From Podarcis gaigeae (Eukaryota), in NCBI GenBank assembly GCA_964106915.2, contig OZ066921.1: a stretch of 64,000 nucleotides of DNA; one strand, given 5' to 3'. The notes beneath the pieces are model-generated. The model ran no database searches and was not told where the DNA came from. It was given only the letters and a program-made list of their open reading frames with translations. Position numbers and translations under genes: made by a program. Shown in pieces: positions 12,401 to 24,700 of this stretch (the first letter of the stretch is position 1; every line of letters starts with the position of its first letter).

Positions 12401-15076
12401 CATATCCTTCCCCATCTACCCCACCAGTCTCCATTTCCCTTCCCTCCCCCTGTTGCCTCTTCTGTGTCAGAAATGTAGGCTGCAAGGCAGGGGCAGGGAC
12501 AACCTGCGGCTCTCAGGCACATTGCAAAAACGCTCTGCAAGCCATCAGTTCAGGCCTCTGACAAGAGGGATCTGTTCCTTCCCCCCCCCCCCAGTCTGCT
12601 GGGTGGAGAGGGAGAGGAAGCAAGAAGAGGGGTGTCAGAAAGAGAGAGGAGGGGTGTCAGAAAAAGACGGGGGGGGGGGAGGATGTCAAAAAGACAGAAC
12701 AAAGGGTGCCAGAAAGAGACAGTGGTAGGCAGGGGAGGGGGAGAAGGGGCTGCTGGAGACAGGGAGAGGTGGAGAAGAAGGGGTGCCTAAAAGTGAGAGA
12801 GAAAATAGGCAGCAGTGGAAAAAATGGATAGCAAAAAGAGAAAGAAAAGGAGATGTCACTGCCCATTTTTGACCCTAGCCCCACCCACTGCTGTTATCTG
12901 TTTTGCCAACCAACGGTATATAAACCCTACAGATCACCCTAGGAAAGGAGGCCCTTGCCTTGATAGAGAGAGAAAGGTTCCTTGCTGCTCCTGCCAATGA
13001 ATGCCTGGACTCCTCCTGCTCAGTAGATTCCTCACCTATCTGTGCCAATAGGAGGCTGGTCTGCGCCAGCCCTTGTGTATGTAAAGTGGCCCCCCAGGGC
13101 TGGACTCCAGCAGGAGAGGTTCTGCTAACTATACTAGAGCCACCCCTGGGTGTCTGATGAAATGCCTCTGGCCAGATCTTGGAATCAGGTTTGAAAATGT
13201 GTGCGTGTTTAAATGTTAAAATCGTTCCGATGCATTATAAGGCATTAATGTTAAGCATCTGCTTGCCAGATTCAGAAATTGCATCCTTCTTCTGAGGCTC
13301 CTAAATCTGACAACATCCCTAACAGAAAATGTTGAGAAGGAATCCAATTAGGAGAATTTGCTGGTGAATTGGAAGGACTGGAGCTGTCTGGGGAAATCAC
13401 CCCAGCTGCTCTGCGCTGGCTGCCCCTTCCCCCTGCAGCCCCCTCCCCAATCTACATCCTTCCCCCAAAAAGGAGGGAGCCTGCCTGCTTCTCTCAACTC
13501 CCATCATCTCAGCTCCTCTCCCAGCCTGCCCCCTCCAGCTGAAGGAAGGGGGCTTGGAGGAGGGTGTGTGTGTGTGGAGATTCTCACAACTGCTGCTGAC
13601 TCATATTACGTGAAAGGCGCTCCAGGTCACCGGGCCTGGACTGATGGAAGCTGCGCGTTTGGTACGGGGAATAAACGGCTGGCTGCGGATACTCAAAGCA
13701 AGAGCTGCCAGGAATCAGGCCAGTCAGAGATGGAAGCCTTTCCATAAATGTGTATGGGGTGGAGTGAGGGGAGGAGGAAGGTAGCAGGGGCCTGAATGAA
13801 ATTCACGCTTTATCTCTCCAATATTATTCAGCACCCCTTCCCGCCCCCTGCTGGTGGTCAAGAGAGTTGGGGTAAAAGGGCAAGACACGCATCAATCAGC
13901 AGCTGAAGCCCTGGGGAGGGTGCTGATTGAGTTTATTCAGCGAAAAGAGGAAAGAACTCTGCACATGCTCAAGGGCGCACTTGCGCGAGGCCTATAATTA
14001 AAAACAAGCAAAGCCCGGCGGGTTCCTGGGACAACTAGCCTCATCCTGAGCGCTTGTGAAGCACAAGGGGGCCCTCGTTGCGGGTTCCGATGCTGGGCCT
14101 GTCTCAGCGTCTTCCCAACGGCAGGGCAGCAGCGAGGAGGCGCTTCCCTCCGGCAGCGGAGAACCAGCCTGCCCGCGGGCTTGCCCTGGTCAAGGGAATC
14201 TGGCCAGGGCATCGGGCTGCTGGGCTGCCTTTCCTCGCCTGCTGGGCTCCAGATGTGGAACAGGGACGATACCCTCGAGGGAGGGGTGCCACAGCTGGGG
14301 CAGCTGAAAGACCTTCTGCCTGCTTCTAGGAGGGATAGGCAAGAGATCTTTCTCCAGCTTGGAGCAAAGTGGAGAGGGCGCACACTACTTGCCCTGGGCA
14401 AGACCCCTGGAACTGCTGCCTCCCTCCCGCTCCACTCAAAGCAGCCGGCCAGGCAACTTGCAGCCCCAAGTGCCAAGCAGGCGCCCCGCAAGGCAGCCAG
14501 CTCCATCGGGCCCTCCAAGCCCGCATCACCCCGGAGCCTCTTGCAAAGCAATGGACAAACCTGCCCAAAGGCGACCTCCGCACCGCGCCCAAGGCAGCCA
14601 CACCCTCCCCAGCCCAGAGGTCCAGACTCCACTCCGGGAGCATTCCGGTCACACCCCACTGCGCGCCCCATCCATCCTCCGCGCCTAGGTTGGGGGCGCG
14701 CGGTGGGATCCCCAAGGCGCCCTCCGCCCGAGTCACCACCAACTAGCCGCCGGCCGGGTGATCCCTATGATTCGCGGCCGGGGACTGGTCAGTCCACTTG
14801 GGGACCCTTCCTGGCCAGCGCGGGGAGGGAGAGGATAGCGGCCCCGTCCAACTGCCCCCTCGGAGTGTCTGAGGCGCCCTCCTGCCCGTCCGGGCAGCTC
14901 CTGCGCAGCAGCGCCCGCTGCAGGCGAGACGGAGCCCCTCACCGCGGCATCGGGGCGGCGGCCCCACTTGCTCCAGTGATCCATCAAGGGAGGGAGCGAG
15001 GGCGCCCGCTAGGGCTGCGTCCTCCGTCGCGAGCGACGCACTTACCCGGGGTAGCGGCCCCTCCCGGCCCCTCCAT
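2949..15076 (-). CDS. DBNDD1: Dysbindin domain-containing protein 1; coding exons 15076-15046, 7015-6863, 6449-6309, 3118-2949 (495 nt, 164 aa)
   Basis: The GT-AG spliced translation is [15 protein letters not shown]...[60 protein letters not shown]...ESPAG-LHP...[12 protein letters not shown]...[12 protein letters not shown]. It matches the DBNDD1 sequence as I recall it. All phases are consistent, and the gene neighbours GAS8 as in other amniotes. Confidence 0.95.
3394..3452. repeat. (TTTC)n microsatellite
   Basis: Directly visible tetranucleotide run. Confidence 0.95.
8315..8598 (-). mobile_element. tRNA-Ile-derived SINE with a CR1-type 3' tail, interrupted by a MITE
   Basis: The minus-strand head reads CTCAGTTGGTTAGAGCGTGGTGCTGATAATGCCAAGG...GGTTCGATCCC (A and B boxes). 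The tail reads TGCATTGCAGGGGG...GGGTCCCTTCCAACTCTACAATTATATGATTCTA. Confidence 0.8.
8405..8528. mobile_element. hAT-type MITE nested in the SINE
   Basis: TIRs TAAGGTTACCAGAT and ATCTCGTAACCTTA; 8-bp TSD TCCTATAC at 8397-8404 and 8529-8536. Confidence 0.88.
11377..11521. mobile_element. hAT-type MITE
   Basis: TIRs CAGTGGCATAGCGTGG and CCACGCTACGCCACTG; 8-bp TSD CTCTTATC on both sides. Confidence 0.88.
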
Positions 15077-15560
15077 GCGTCCGGGCTGCTGCAGCCGCTG
15101 CGTTCGTGCGCTCCTCCGCCTGACGAGCCGTCGCCGCCTCCGTGCGCGCCGCTCTGGTCACTGCACCAGCCGCGCCAGCAGCCCGAGCGCTCATCGCCGG
15201 GGAGGAGCAGGAGCGGGCCCGGCCGGCCGGTTCGGGCGGGGGGCGAGGCAGGAAGGCAGGCGCAGCAGAGCAGCAGCGGCCGCGGCAGCCCCCCACCTCG
15301 GCCGTCGAGGAGCGCCGCTAGGCACTGGCCGAGGGGAGGGGACGGGGGCGGGGTGCGCGGAAGGCGGCCGCGCCAGCGCGCGAATGGCTCGCCTGCCGGT
15401 CCGCACCACCGGCTCACCCAGCGGGCTGCTGGGCTGACTTGGGCGTTCGGCTCCCTCCGGAACCTTTTCCGACCGCCTCGCGAAATCGGAGCCCTGGAAC
15501 GTCGAAAAGCTGAGCGCCTCTGAGCACGTGCAGAGTTCCCGGCGCAATCCGAATCCCGCT
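14000..15560. promoter_or_regulatory. CpG island covering the DBNDD1 promoter and first exon
   Basis: Very GC- and CpG-rich stretch with GC boxes around the ATG at 15076. Boundaries are approximate. Confidence 0.8.
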
Positions 15561-18399
15561 GAAGTCAGGGGAAGAGACCTTCTGGATGGCAGGGGGGCTG
15601 CTGGACCCATGGCCAGGGAGAAGCAGAGACGGAGGCCTCCTTCAGAGAGGCGGGGAGCGGGCCTTCACTCCTTTCTTGTGAGGACCCCGGAGACAGCACT
15701 GGGTGAAGACAGCCCTTGGTCTGACCCAGAACCTTAGCCTTGTTTTGACATTCTTATGGGGAAGTCTGTTGCTAAGAACGAAAAACCTCCAGTTTCAGGG
15801 ACAGTCTACCAGAGCATTTCAGTTGCTGGGTGGGGCAACAGCAGAGGAGGGCTGGGAGTTGTGGGTTTGAGGGTGGAACGAAGATGATGCCTGTGGGCAT
15901 CAGACTGAGCACTGCAAGAAATTCATGAAGAATAAGGCTGTCCAGGACTACTGATTATGATGGCCTGTACAGGATCAGATGCAGCTGATAGGAGTCACAG
16001 GTGGGGAGACAGCTCCTGTTGTACTTATGTTCCACTTCTGGGCTTCCCATTGGGGCACCTGGCTGGCCACTGTGAGAACAGGATGTGGGAGTAGATGGGC
16101 CTCCAGCAAGGCTCCTATAACGAATTTACTGCACCCCCAATAAATCTTTGGACTCCCTAGGACAGCACCACTTCTCTGTGTAGACATTAAAAACCGCCTG
16201 TCTCCCACCAGGCTCAGTATCCCTGGGGAACCAGCAAGCCGAGATGGAGAATTGCTTTTCTGTTTTTTTTCTGGAAGAGCCACAGAGACGCTTCTTTCTC
16301 ATCAGTCGTGCTTTGCACCTCCCATGTCCCCAGCAGGGAATGGAGGGAAGCTGGCATCTCTGCCAGCTGAGCTGCACTAGGCTTTTATTCCAGTCTCTGG
16401 CTACAAAACCTCCATTTTCTTTATCCCACCCCACTCTACTCCACCCCACCCCAAGCAAGAGCTTCTAAAAACAGATCCAGGCACAAATCCAAGCGGAAAG
16501 CCCCAATTAAGCAATGCCAACAGGAGAAACCCCCTGGCTGTTGTCTTCCTGGAACAAGGTATCCATGCAGGACCGAAGCAGAAGGCAGAAGTCTAAACAC
16601 TGCTCTAGCAGGCTTAGGGTGAAAGCGAATAGTGGGAATCGATGTGCCATAGGCAATGCATGGCATCCTAAGCTAGGCAACTGGGTCCCAATGTTTCCTC
16701 TGTCAGAAATCCTTTAGTTCCACCATAGAATAAATACAAATCAAATAACTCAATGAAATAATGGTTGATTAGCTGACCCTGCAGGTGCACTCTGCACACT
16801 GTCAGAAGTGCTCTCCACATAGCTGTGTGAAGCGGCAGGCCACCCTTTTTCACTGGTGGGGTCACTTTGCTTGCTTACCCGTTTCCTTCCTTCTCGCCAC
16901 ATGAATCTCAACAAATGTTACTCGCTTAGGGTCAAGACCAGCCTCCCCCAGCTTAGATCCTCTAGATATTTTGACCTGCAACTCCTGTCAACTCCAGCCA
17001 GCACAGCTGTGCTCCCATCAGCCCCCAGCATCCTGCAGCTCTGCTGGCTGGAGGTGATGGGAGCTTTAATCCAGGTTTGGAAAGGTTGGCTAATGCAGGA
17101 GCTGCATGTCCCTGGCCTCTCTGGGAGGTCAAAGTGGTCCATTCTGTGTACAGTACACAAATAGCTTCTACCATCAGAACCAGAGGGAACAATGCCATGA
17201 CCGACGACCCCCCAGTGGGCTAGGGGTGCACAGGTGGACAGAGCTGATGAAGGGAAGCCTCTTAGCCTGGGCAACCAAGCAATTTAGCTAGAGGATGGGG
17301 CTTCTGGGTACGGTAATTAACACAAGGCCATTGGGGTCAAGGCTAAATGTGAGGCCATTGTTTCAGCCTTGGAGATTTAAACAAACTTCGAGAGCTCAGC
17401 AGGCAAAGCTGAGGAGGCCTGTAATTGGACTCCACCTGCCTCTCTCTCGTTGTCTCTGCCTAAATCACTCAAAATCCTGTTTCCTGGCTCAGACACTTTC
17501 TACTCCTCTTCCTGATTCCCCCTACCACCACCTTGGTGATAGCCCCTCCTAATCTCAGAGTGCAATTGAGAAACAGGTTACCTAGTGGTTAAAGAAATGT
17601 GCTCTGCACATACCCAGAGGCATTTTCCTTGTTCTCAGTGGACATTTTTCTGGGCTGAGCTCCAGCATCCCAGACTTAAATTGGTGGTTACTCAAGAGGG
17701 TGGGGGGGCATAACGCAGGGATGAGGAATCTGTGGCCCTCCAAATGTTTCAGGATTCCAGCTCCTATCAGCACCAGTACAACATAGTCAGTGGATAAAGG
17801 CAATGCAAGCAGGAGACAAAACTACCAGGAGGTCCCCTAGATCTAAAGCACAGTTGCAGCAAAATCAGCAATGGGCAAATATTTTCAATAAGCATCTGCA
17901 AATGGTCCAGGTAATTCCTTGATCTAAACCTCTAATGTTTTGATACTTGTCCTATTCCTGTCACTGTATTTCGTTGCAATGGACTGTGATTAAAAGCAAT
18001 AAAAACGACTTGCTTGCTTGCTTGTTTATACATTTATGCATACTGTGCCATCTTCCATGGTGCCTTGTAGGGTTGCACAGGCGGCGAGGCAGCTTCCCTG
18101 CTCCCACAGAGCTCACCACCTAAAACTGCAAGGAAACCCGCAGAGGTGGCGGCGGCGGTAGGCAGCTGCCCTTACTAGACATCAATGAATTCTTATTGCT
18201 ATTGTCGTCGTCGTATCCAATTGAGTCATAAACCTTCCTTGTTTTGCTGCATCACTGGCAAGGTCTGCCTCCACCATTTCCCAGCCCTAAAAGTCCCATA
18301 GAGTCCCATAGGGCTTACTCCCAAGTCAGAAGAAGGAGCAGTTCATCTTCCAAGGGCTGCAAGCGAAGATGAGGCTGACAACGGGCAAGGGGTGGGGCT

Positions 18400-18750
18400 T
18401 CTGGGCCTCCGTTGCTAGGGCTGGGGCCCGTTGCCAGGGGCGGGCCCGGCGGAGCCGGAACTCTCGCGAGGCCGAGGCGGCGGTTGCTCGGAGACGCGGC
18501 GACTCCGAGCCTGGGCAGCAGCCGGAGAGGGGACTCAGTCGCCACCATGGTGAGGCCGGAAGTGGGGCGCGCTTGCGATGAGGGGGCCCCGGGGGGCTCC
18601 CCCAAAACCGGGGCGGTGCTGGGGCTCCTGCCCGCCAAGAGGCCCCGACCCTCCACCCCGGAAGCGCGGGGGCTGGACGTGCTCAGCGACAGACCGAACT
18701 CTGCACATGCTCAGGGGCGTTCCTTCGTCACTCTTCCTTACGCGTGCCAA
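18400..18750 (+). promoter_or_regulatory. GAS8 CpG-island promoter with RFX X-box-like sites
   Basis: CpG-rich. GTTGCTCGGAGAC at 18483-18495, with half-sites GTTGCTAGGG (18411) and GTTGCCAGGG (18430). Perfect Kozak gccaccATG at 18541-18549. Confidence 0.7.
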
Positions 18751-21700
18751 GAGTAAGCCCTGATATAAGCCTTGAGCCCCGGTAAGCACTGCTCTCACCA
18801 CCACCACCAACCCCTATTTTACAAGTGTGCCTCTTCAACGCCATGGAGCAATTGCACAGGCAAGTAGGTGCAGGCAGCCAGAACCCATTTGTCCTTTGGA
18901 GAGAGGGAGGAATGCGTGGATCCCTTTCCTAGAGAAAACGGCACTTCATCATTGCTCAAAGGGGTTATGAACATGAATTCACATCCTCCTTCCTTGCTTT
19001 GGCTTAATCCATCACACTGAAGATGCTCTCCTCTCCTCTCTTGTCCTCTCCCCCACTACCGCGTTTGTTCAGGCTCCCAAAAAGAAAGGAGAAAAGAAAG
19101 GTGGCAAGAAGAAAGGTGCAAAAAGCCCTGTGGTGGATGTCGTCTCCCCGGAGGGCATGACCAAAGAGCAGGTGAGAAGGGGGTCACTTTGCAGTGGTAA
19201 CAGAGAGGGTGCATTCTTAAAAATGTGTGGATGGGAAATAGAAACTACAATGCAAAGTGGTTTCTTGCCAACAAGAGGGAAACCAATCTACCTAGAGTTA
19301 CTTAGGGGACTCCATTTTCTAGCAGCCCCAGGATGATGGGAGTTGTAGTCCAGCAACACCCTGCAGGCCACTCATGTTTCCCACCCCTGGCCTGTATCAC
19401 ATTAGAGAATGGTCAAGGTGCCTCTCATTTTGGGGTGGAGTGATGTATGGGGTGCTTGGCCTACCCTCATTATCTCCGACCTTCCTGGCTAGGAGTAAGA
19501 CCAAGTGTGAGTCATGCAGTCCCTCAGCTGGCTTGTTGCAGGTCCACTCTTTCCATCCCTCTGACATTTCACTACAGCACTGAGGACCAACATTGGGAGA
19601 AGCCACTGTTTTGCCAGGGGTCCATGTTGTTCCTTACCACACCCTTCTGCATTCCATAGGGTAGCAAAACTAGGCACCTCTTCAGTATAGCTAAGCTCAC
19701 AGTTCCATTTTACAGTTTGGGTACAGGTATTGTGAGAATATTGCACAGGAACAGCCTTCGCCATCCTGATGCCTTCCAGGTGTTTTGGGCTGCATCTCCC
19801 ATTAACCCCAGCCAGCAAACCCATCAGTGTAGCTGATGGTAGATGACAACCAGCACATCTGGAAGGTACCAGGTTGGCAAAAACTGCCCTAAACATTCTA
19901 AGCTGATTTATCCACTTCCAGAGAGCAACAGGGGACGCGGGTGGCGCTGTGGGTAAAAACCTCAGCACCTAGGACTTGCCGATCGCATGGTCGGCGGTTC
20001 GAATCCCCGCGGTGGGGTGAGCTCCCGTCGTTTGGTCCCAGCTCCTGCCCACCTAGCAGTTCGAAAGCACCCTTAAGTGCAAGTAGATAAATAGGTACCG
20101 CTTTATAGCAGGAAGGTAAACGGCGTTTCCGTGTGCTGCTCTGGTGCCGGTTCGCCGGAGCAGTGTCGTCATGCTGGCCACGTGACCCGGAAGTGTCTTC
20201 GGACAGCGCTGGCTCCCGGCCTCTAGAGTGAGATGAGCGCACAACCCTAGAGTCTGTCAAGACTGGCCTGTACGGGCAGGGGTACCTTTACCTTTTACCT
20301 TTAGAGAGCAACAGACTCATGGAGCCAAGCCTCTCTCTAACCAGATAATTCATTCACCTATTTATCGTGCATTCTGAAATGAAACAGTTGCACCCTTCTG
20401 GAATTAGCCATGCTTCCCATGCCAGTTCACAGGAAAGCCTTGGCTTGAAAAGAAAAAGCTTTGGAATTCACTGAGTCAGAAAAGGCACAATGCCAGTAGT
20501 GGCGATGGTGGGCTCCCAGTCCTTCCTCTTGGCTCCAGCCCGACTGTTGGCTGACCCTCTTCTTGGCTTTGCAGCTGGAGGAACACATGGGCCGCATTCG
20601 GGAGGAGCTGGACCGTGAGCGGGAAGAACGCAACTACTTCCAGCTGGAGCGAGACAAGATCCACACCTTCTGGGAGATCACTCGGCGGCAGCTGGATGAG
20701 AAGAAGGCTGAACTGCGCAACAAGGACCGCGAGATGGAGGAAGCCGAAGAGCGTCACCAGGTGGAGATCAAGGTAAGAGCCTGTGGACTTCACAGATCAC
20801 AGAATTGTAGAGCTGGAAGGAATCCCAAGGGTTATATAGTCCAACCCCCTGCAGTGCAGGAATCACAGCTAAAGCATCCCTGACAGGTGAGTGATAAAAA
20901 CATGAGCTGCTTTGTATGGAGTATGTATTTAAGTAAAATAAAACATTTCCCATTGGTACGAACCCAACAACCTTTTACTAGGGACCTTTTGCCTGTGAAA
21001 CATGCTCTCTGCAACCATTGACCCATGCTGCCTCCACTTGTGGTTGAGCACCTAGATATTGGCTTTGCCAGCCCCGCAATGTTGTGGATGGAAAGTGGGG
21101 AAATGGCTACAGTATTGGAAGGGTCTATTCTTTTGGCATAAAGACATAGAGGCTCACATGCTCCTGAATCTTCTTCAGTTCCTGGTACTTGATTAACTTG
21201 GAGCCACGGTGCTGCAGACAGAATTGGTCACCAGCTTGGTTGGTCTGGCACCCCTGGCTGGGGCACCACAACCGACTTCCATCCCCTTCCCCACAAGTGC
21301 CTCTCATTTACTCAGGCCTCTGCAAAAGAGAGTACCTTGGCCAATGAGGGCCAGTGCCTGCCTCGTCTTCCTTTTGTCTCAGGTTTACAAGCAGAAGGTG
21401 AAGCACCTGCTGTACGAGCACCAGAACAACATCACAGAGCTGAAGGCAGAGAGTACAGTGTCTATGAAGCTGGCCCAGAAGGATCACCGGTCCCAGGAGA
21501 TGGAGCTGCGTAAGGACATGCGCACCTTGAAGGTGGAGCTGAAGGAGCAGGAGCTATCCAATGAGATGGTGGTGAAGAACCTTCGGCTGGTATGTCTGAA
21601 GTGATGCCGGACTTGGCCCTTGGGCTGGGCTCAGGCCAACTTTCGTTGAGTGCATGTTGTGTGGGTGGGAAGGAGAGGGGTGGTGGTTCTTAAACCTCAG

Positions 21701-24700
21701 TTGTTCCTCCAGAGCAAACCAGCCTTGGCTTTGCTTCTGAGCTAGGAGGAGTAGGCCTTTGTATATGCAACATCTGTCACTAACCAGTATCATCATCTTG
21801 GCAGAAACAACAAGAAGACATAACACGATTGCGCAATGACTTTGAGAGGCAGGTGAAAGGTCAGTTCTGGGGCTCGCCACCAAAAACTGTGGGGTTTGGG
21901 TTCGGAAGGGAAGGCTATCTTTGTGCCCAGGGAAGGATCAGTGGGCCACAGTGTCACTTCATCCCTTGGGCACCCTTTCTCACACACATGCAGTGACAAG
22001 GGAGCTGCTTCCTTATGGCACAGTCTCACTCTTCTGGAAGGTGTATGTGTGTGACTTTGTAGCCATGGTGTGTAAGGCCCATCTCATGAGTCCGCCCTAT
22101 GTTGTGTGTAAATGAGGCCAAGTAGCAGCTTGATAGAGAGCACTGATTTGCGTAGGACCTGTCTTGCAGACCAGCTCCTGTCTGTTTTGCAGTCATTCCG
22201 AGGGAGGGGCCTGAGGCTTCCTTGAAATGCCACATGCATTATAAGGAGGAACATGACAGCAGTTCTAAGCTCCTCATCAAATTAAATGTGTCAAAATAGC
22301 TAGGCACAGGAATGCCATTTGCTAGGCCTTCTATGAATTCCATCTCTGCTGGGAGCTTTCTAGAAAGCCAGGCTCCATGGGCCCATCCTTTGCTCAGAGT
22401 TGTTTATATATAGTCTGAGCACTTCCAGTACCTTTGAGTGACAACATTTTCCTGTCAGCTGAGAGTCTTGCTTCGCCCTCTTGTTGGAGCTGGAGAACAC
22501 TTTGTCCCCTCTCCTCTTCCACACAGCATAGAGAAACAGCCCACAGACAGAGGCATGCATAGCCTTGTCACTTTTTTGCCTAGTAGAGCACTCAGTCTGC
22601 CCTGGGTGCTGCTTCCCCAGAGATCGAGGCCAAGTATGAGAAAAAGATGCGGGTTCTACGTGACGAGCTGGACTTGCGCAGGAAGACTGAAATCCATGAG
22701 ATTGAGGAGAGAAAGAATGGACAGATCAACACACTGATGAAGAATCACGAGAAGGCTTTCAGCGACATCAAGAACTACTACAACGATGTCACTCTTAATA
22801 ACCTGGCACTTATCAACACCCTCAAGGTAAAAGACATGCACCACACGACACCATCCCCAAATCAGCCTGTTGCCAGGTAGTGGAAGGTCAAAGTGGATGG
22901 TGTTCACTGGGCTTTCTGTGTTTTGTTTTTTTGTTCTGCTTTGGCTGATTTCTGTACTGCCATTGCTTTAGAGCCACTACATGTTGCATTTGTTTGCTCT
23001 GCCATTGTGGATACCTTGAGTCCTGGAGCTCCTCTCCTGTGCATCTCACTATGGACCAACCCCTGTTGTAGTTGAAGGTCATGTGTTTCCCATTTGGGGA
23101 AACAAACCATTCTGGTTTGGGGAGAAAGTCTGTTTCTATATTTTATATGTCAACCGCGACCTTGTTTGTTTGGAAATTTGTTCCATTCACTTTAGTGGGG
23201 CCGGTCAAATGAGTCAGGGTGCAGCCTTGTTATCCTCAGGTGATACAGAGCTGTTGTTTCTCTTTGCCTTGGTGGTGGTGGGTCGCATGGGAGGTTTGAG
23301 GAAGCATGTTCCAGACAGGTGGTCAGGACTGGTGGGATGAGGCTTGCTGCCTGTTTTTGAGGACCTGAGGCACACACAGCCTCCTTTCTCTGTGTGTGTC
23401 TTGGAGTACAGGAGCAGATGGAGGAGATGAAGAAGAAGGAGGACCATCTGGAGAAGGAGATGGCTGAAGTGCTGCTGCAGAACAAAAAGCTGGTGGAGCC
23501 ACTGCAACGAGCCCGTGAAGAGGTGGCGGAGCTGCAGAAGAAACTGGCGCACTATGAAAAGGACAAGGCCATGTTGCATGTGAGTCCCAGGGCTCTGCAT
23601 TCACCTTTGCTTCCTGAGTGTCCTGGCCAATGAGCTCTGGGTTACTTAGTAGGACTGACTCTCTGCTAGTTTGGTGTGAACAGCACTGGGCTATTTCTGC
23701 ACCAGCCCACTTTCATGCCACAGATTTTTATTTCCACTTTTGGTAGCAGTTTGCATTGTCTCTATTCTCATGTGCCCTTTATTTCCAGAGTTTGGAAATT
23801 TGTACTGTGTGAAATAGGCCCCACCCTTTCTGTGATGTCCTTCAGTGCTAACAGTGGTCATTTAGAGTCTAGACAAATGTTACTGCACCTTCCATTCTAG
23901 TTGTTGTCCAGAACTTTGCTTTTTATTTTTATCAGTGTTTCAAGATGAGAGTTTCGTGATTTTACATGCAGCCACGTACTCACGACCAGAGATGTCTTTT
24001 TAGGTTTGTTCCCTTCTGATGCTGCACACTCCACCAAAGTTGTTGGTGTGTCTGAATGCACAACAGTTTTGCCATAATCAAAAATAGACTCAACTACATT
24101 CAAAATACAACTGCAGAGCAATTGAGTTACTATGAGAAGAGGAAGGCAGGGGGCCATAAGGATCATGAAACATGCTGGAAGTTGGGGGCAAGAGACCCCT
24201 GAGCTGATGTTTCCAGGATGAGGGACTTGAATGATGCCCAGTCCCTGTGGAGCAGATAGAGGAACATAGTACTTTCCCATTCTTACAGTTTCTCCTTTGC
24301 ACTGTCTGGTTTGGAGGTCAAAACCCATCAGTCCCTTCTGTGCCCTAGGAACTGTGTGCGGCTGCTTTAACCTCCTTCTCTTCCCTCTCCAGCACACACA
24401 TGCCCGTTTGAAAGTCACCGAGAAGGAATTAAAAGATCTCCAGTGGGAACATGAAGTGCTGCAGCAAAGGTTCATCCGGGTAGGGATCAAGAATCACTGT
24501 TGTGCTGTGGCTGAACTTAGAGTTGGGAAAGGGTTGGATTTGATGGGTGGGCTGTGGGACAGGATGAAAAATATGGGCCCATTTTCTGCAGATATCCAGT
24601 AGAGAGGTCTATATAGCCACCCACCCACCCACTACCCATTGAGCATTGAGAATTCTGTGGTCCTGGTTGTTTCTTGATGAGACCTTTAGAGCAGATGGAC

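Noticed and set aside
13937-15610. Long ORFs (418, 244 and 224 aa) over the DBNDD1 promoter
   Set aside because: Low-complexity Pro/Arg/Gly/Ala translations caused by stop-poor CpG-island composition. Only the 31-nt DBNDD1 first coding exon is supported.
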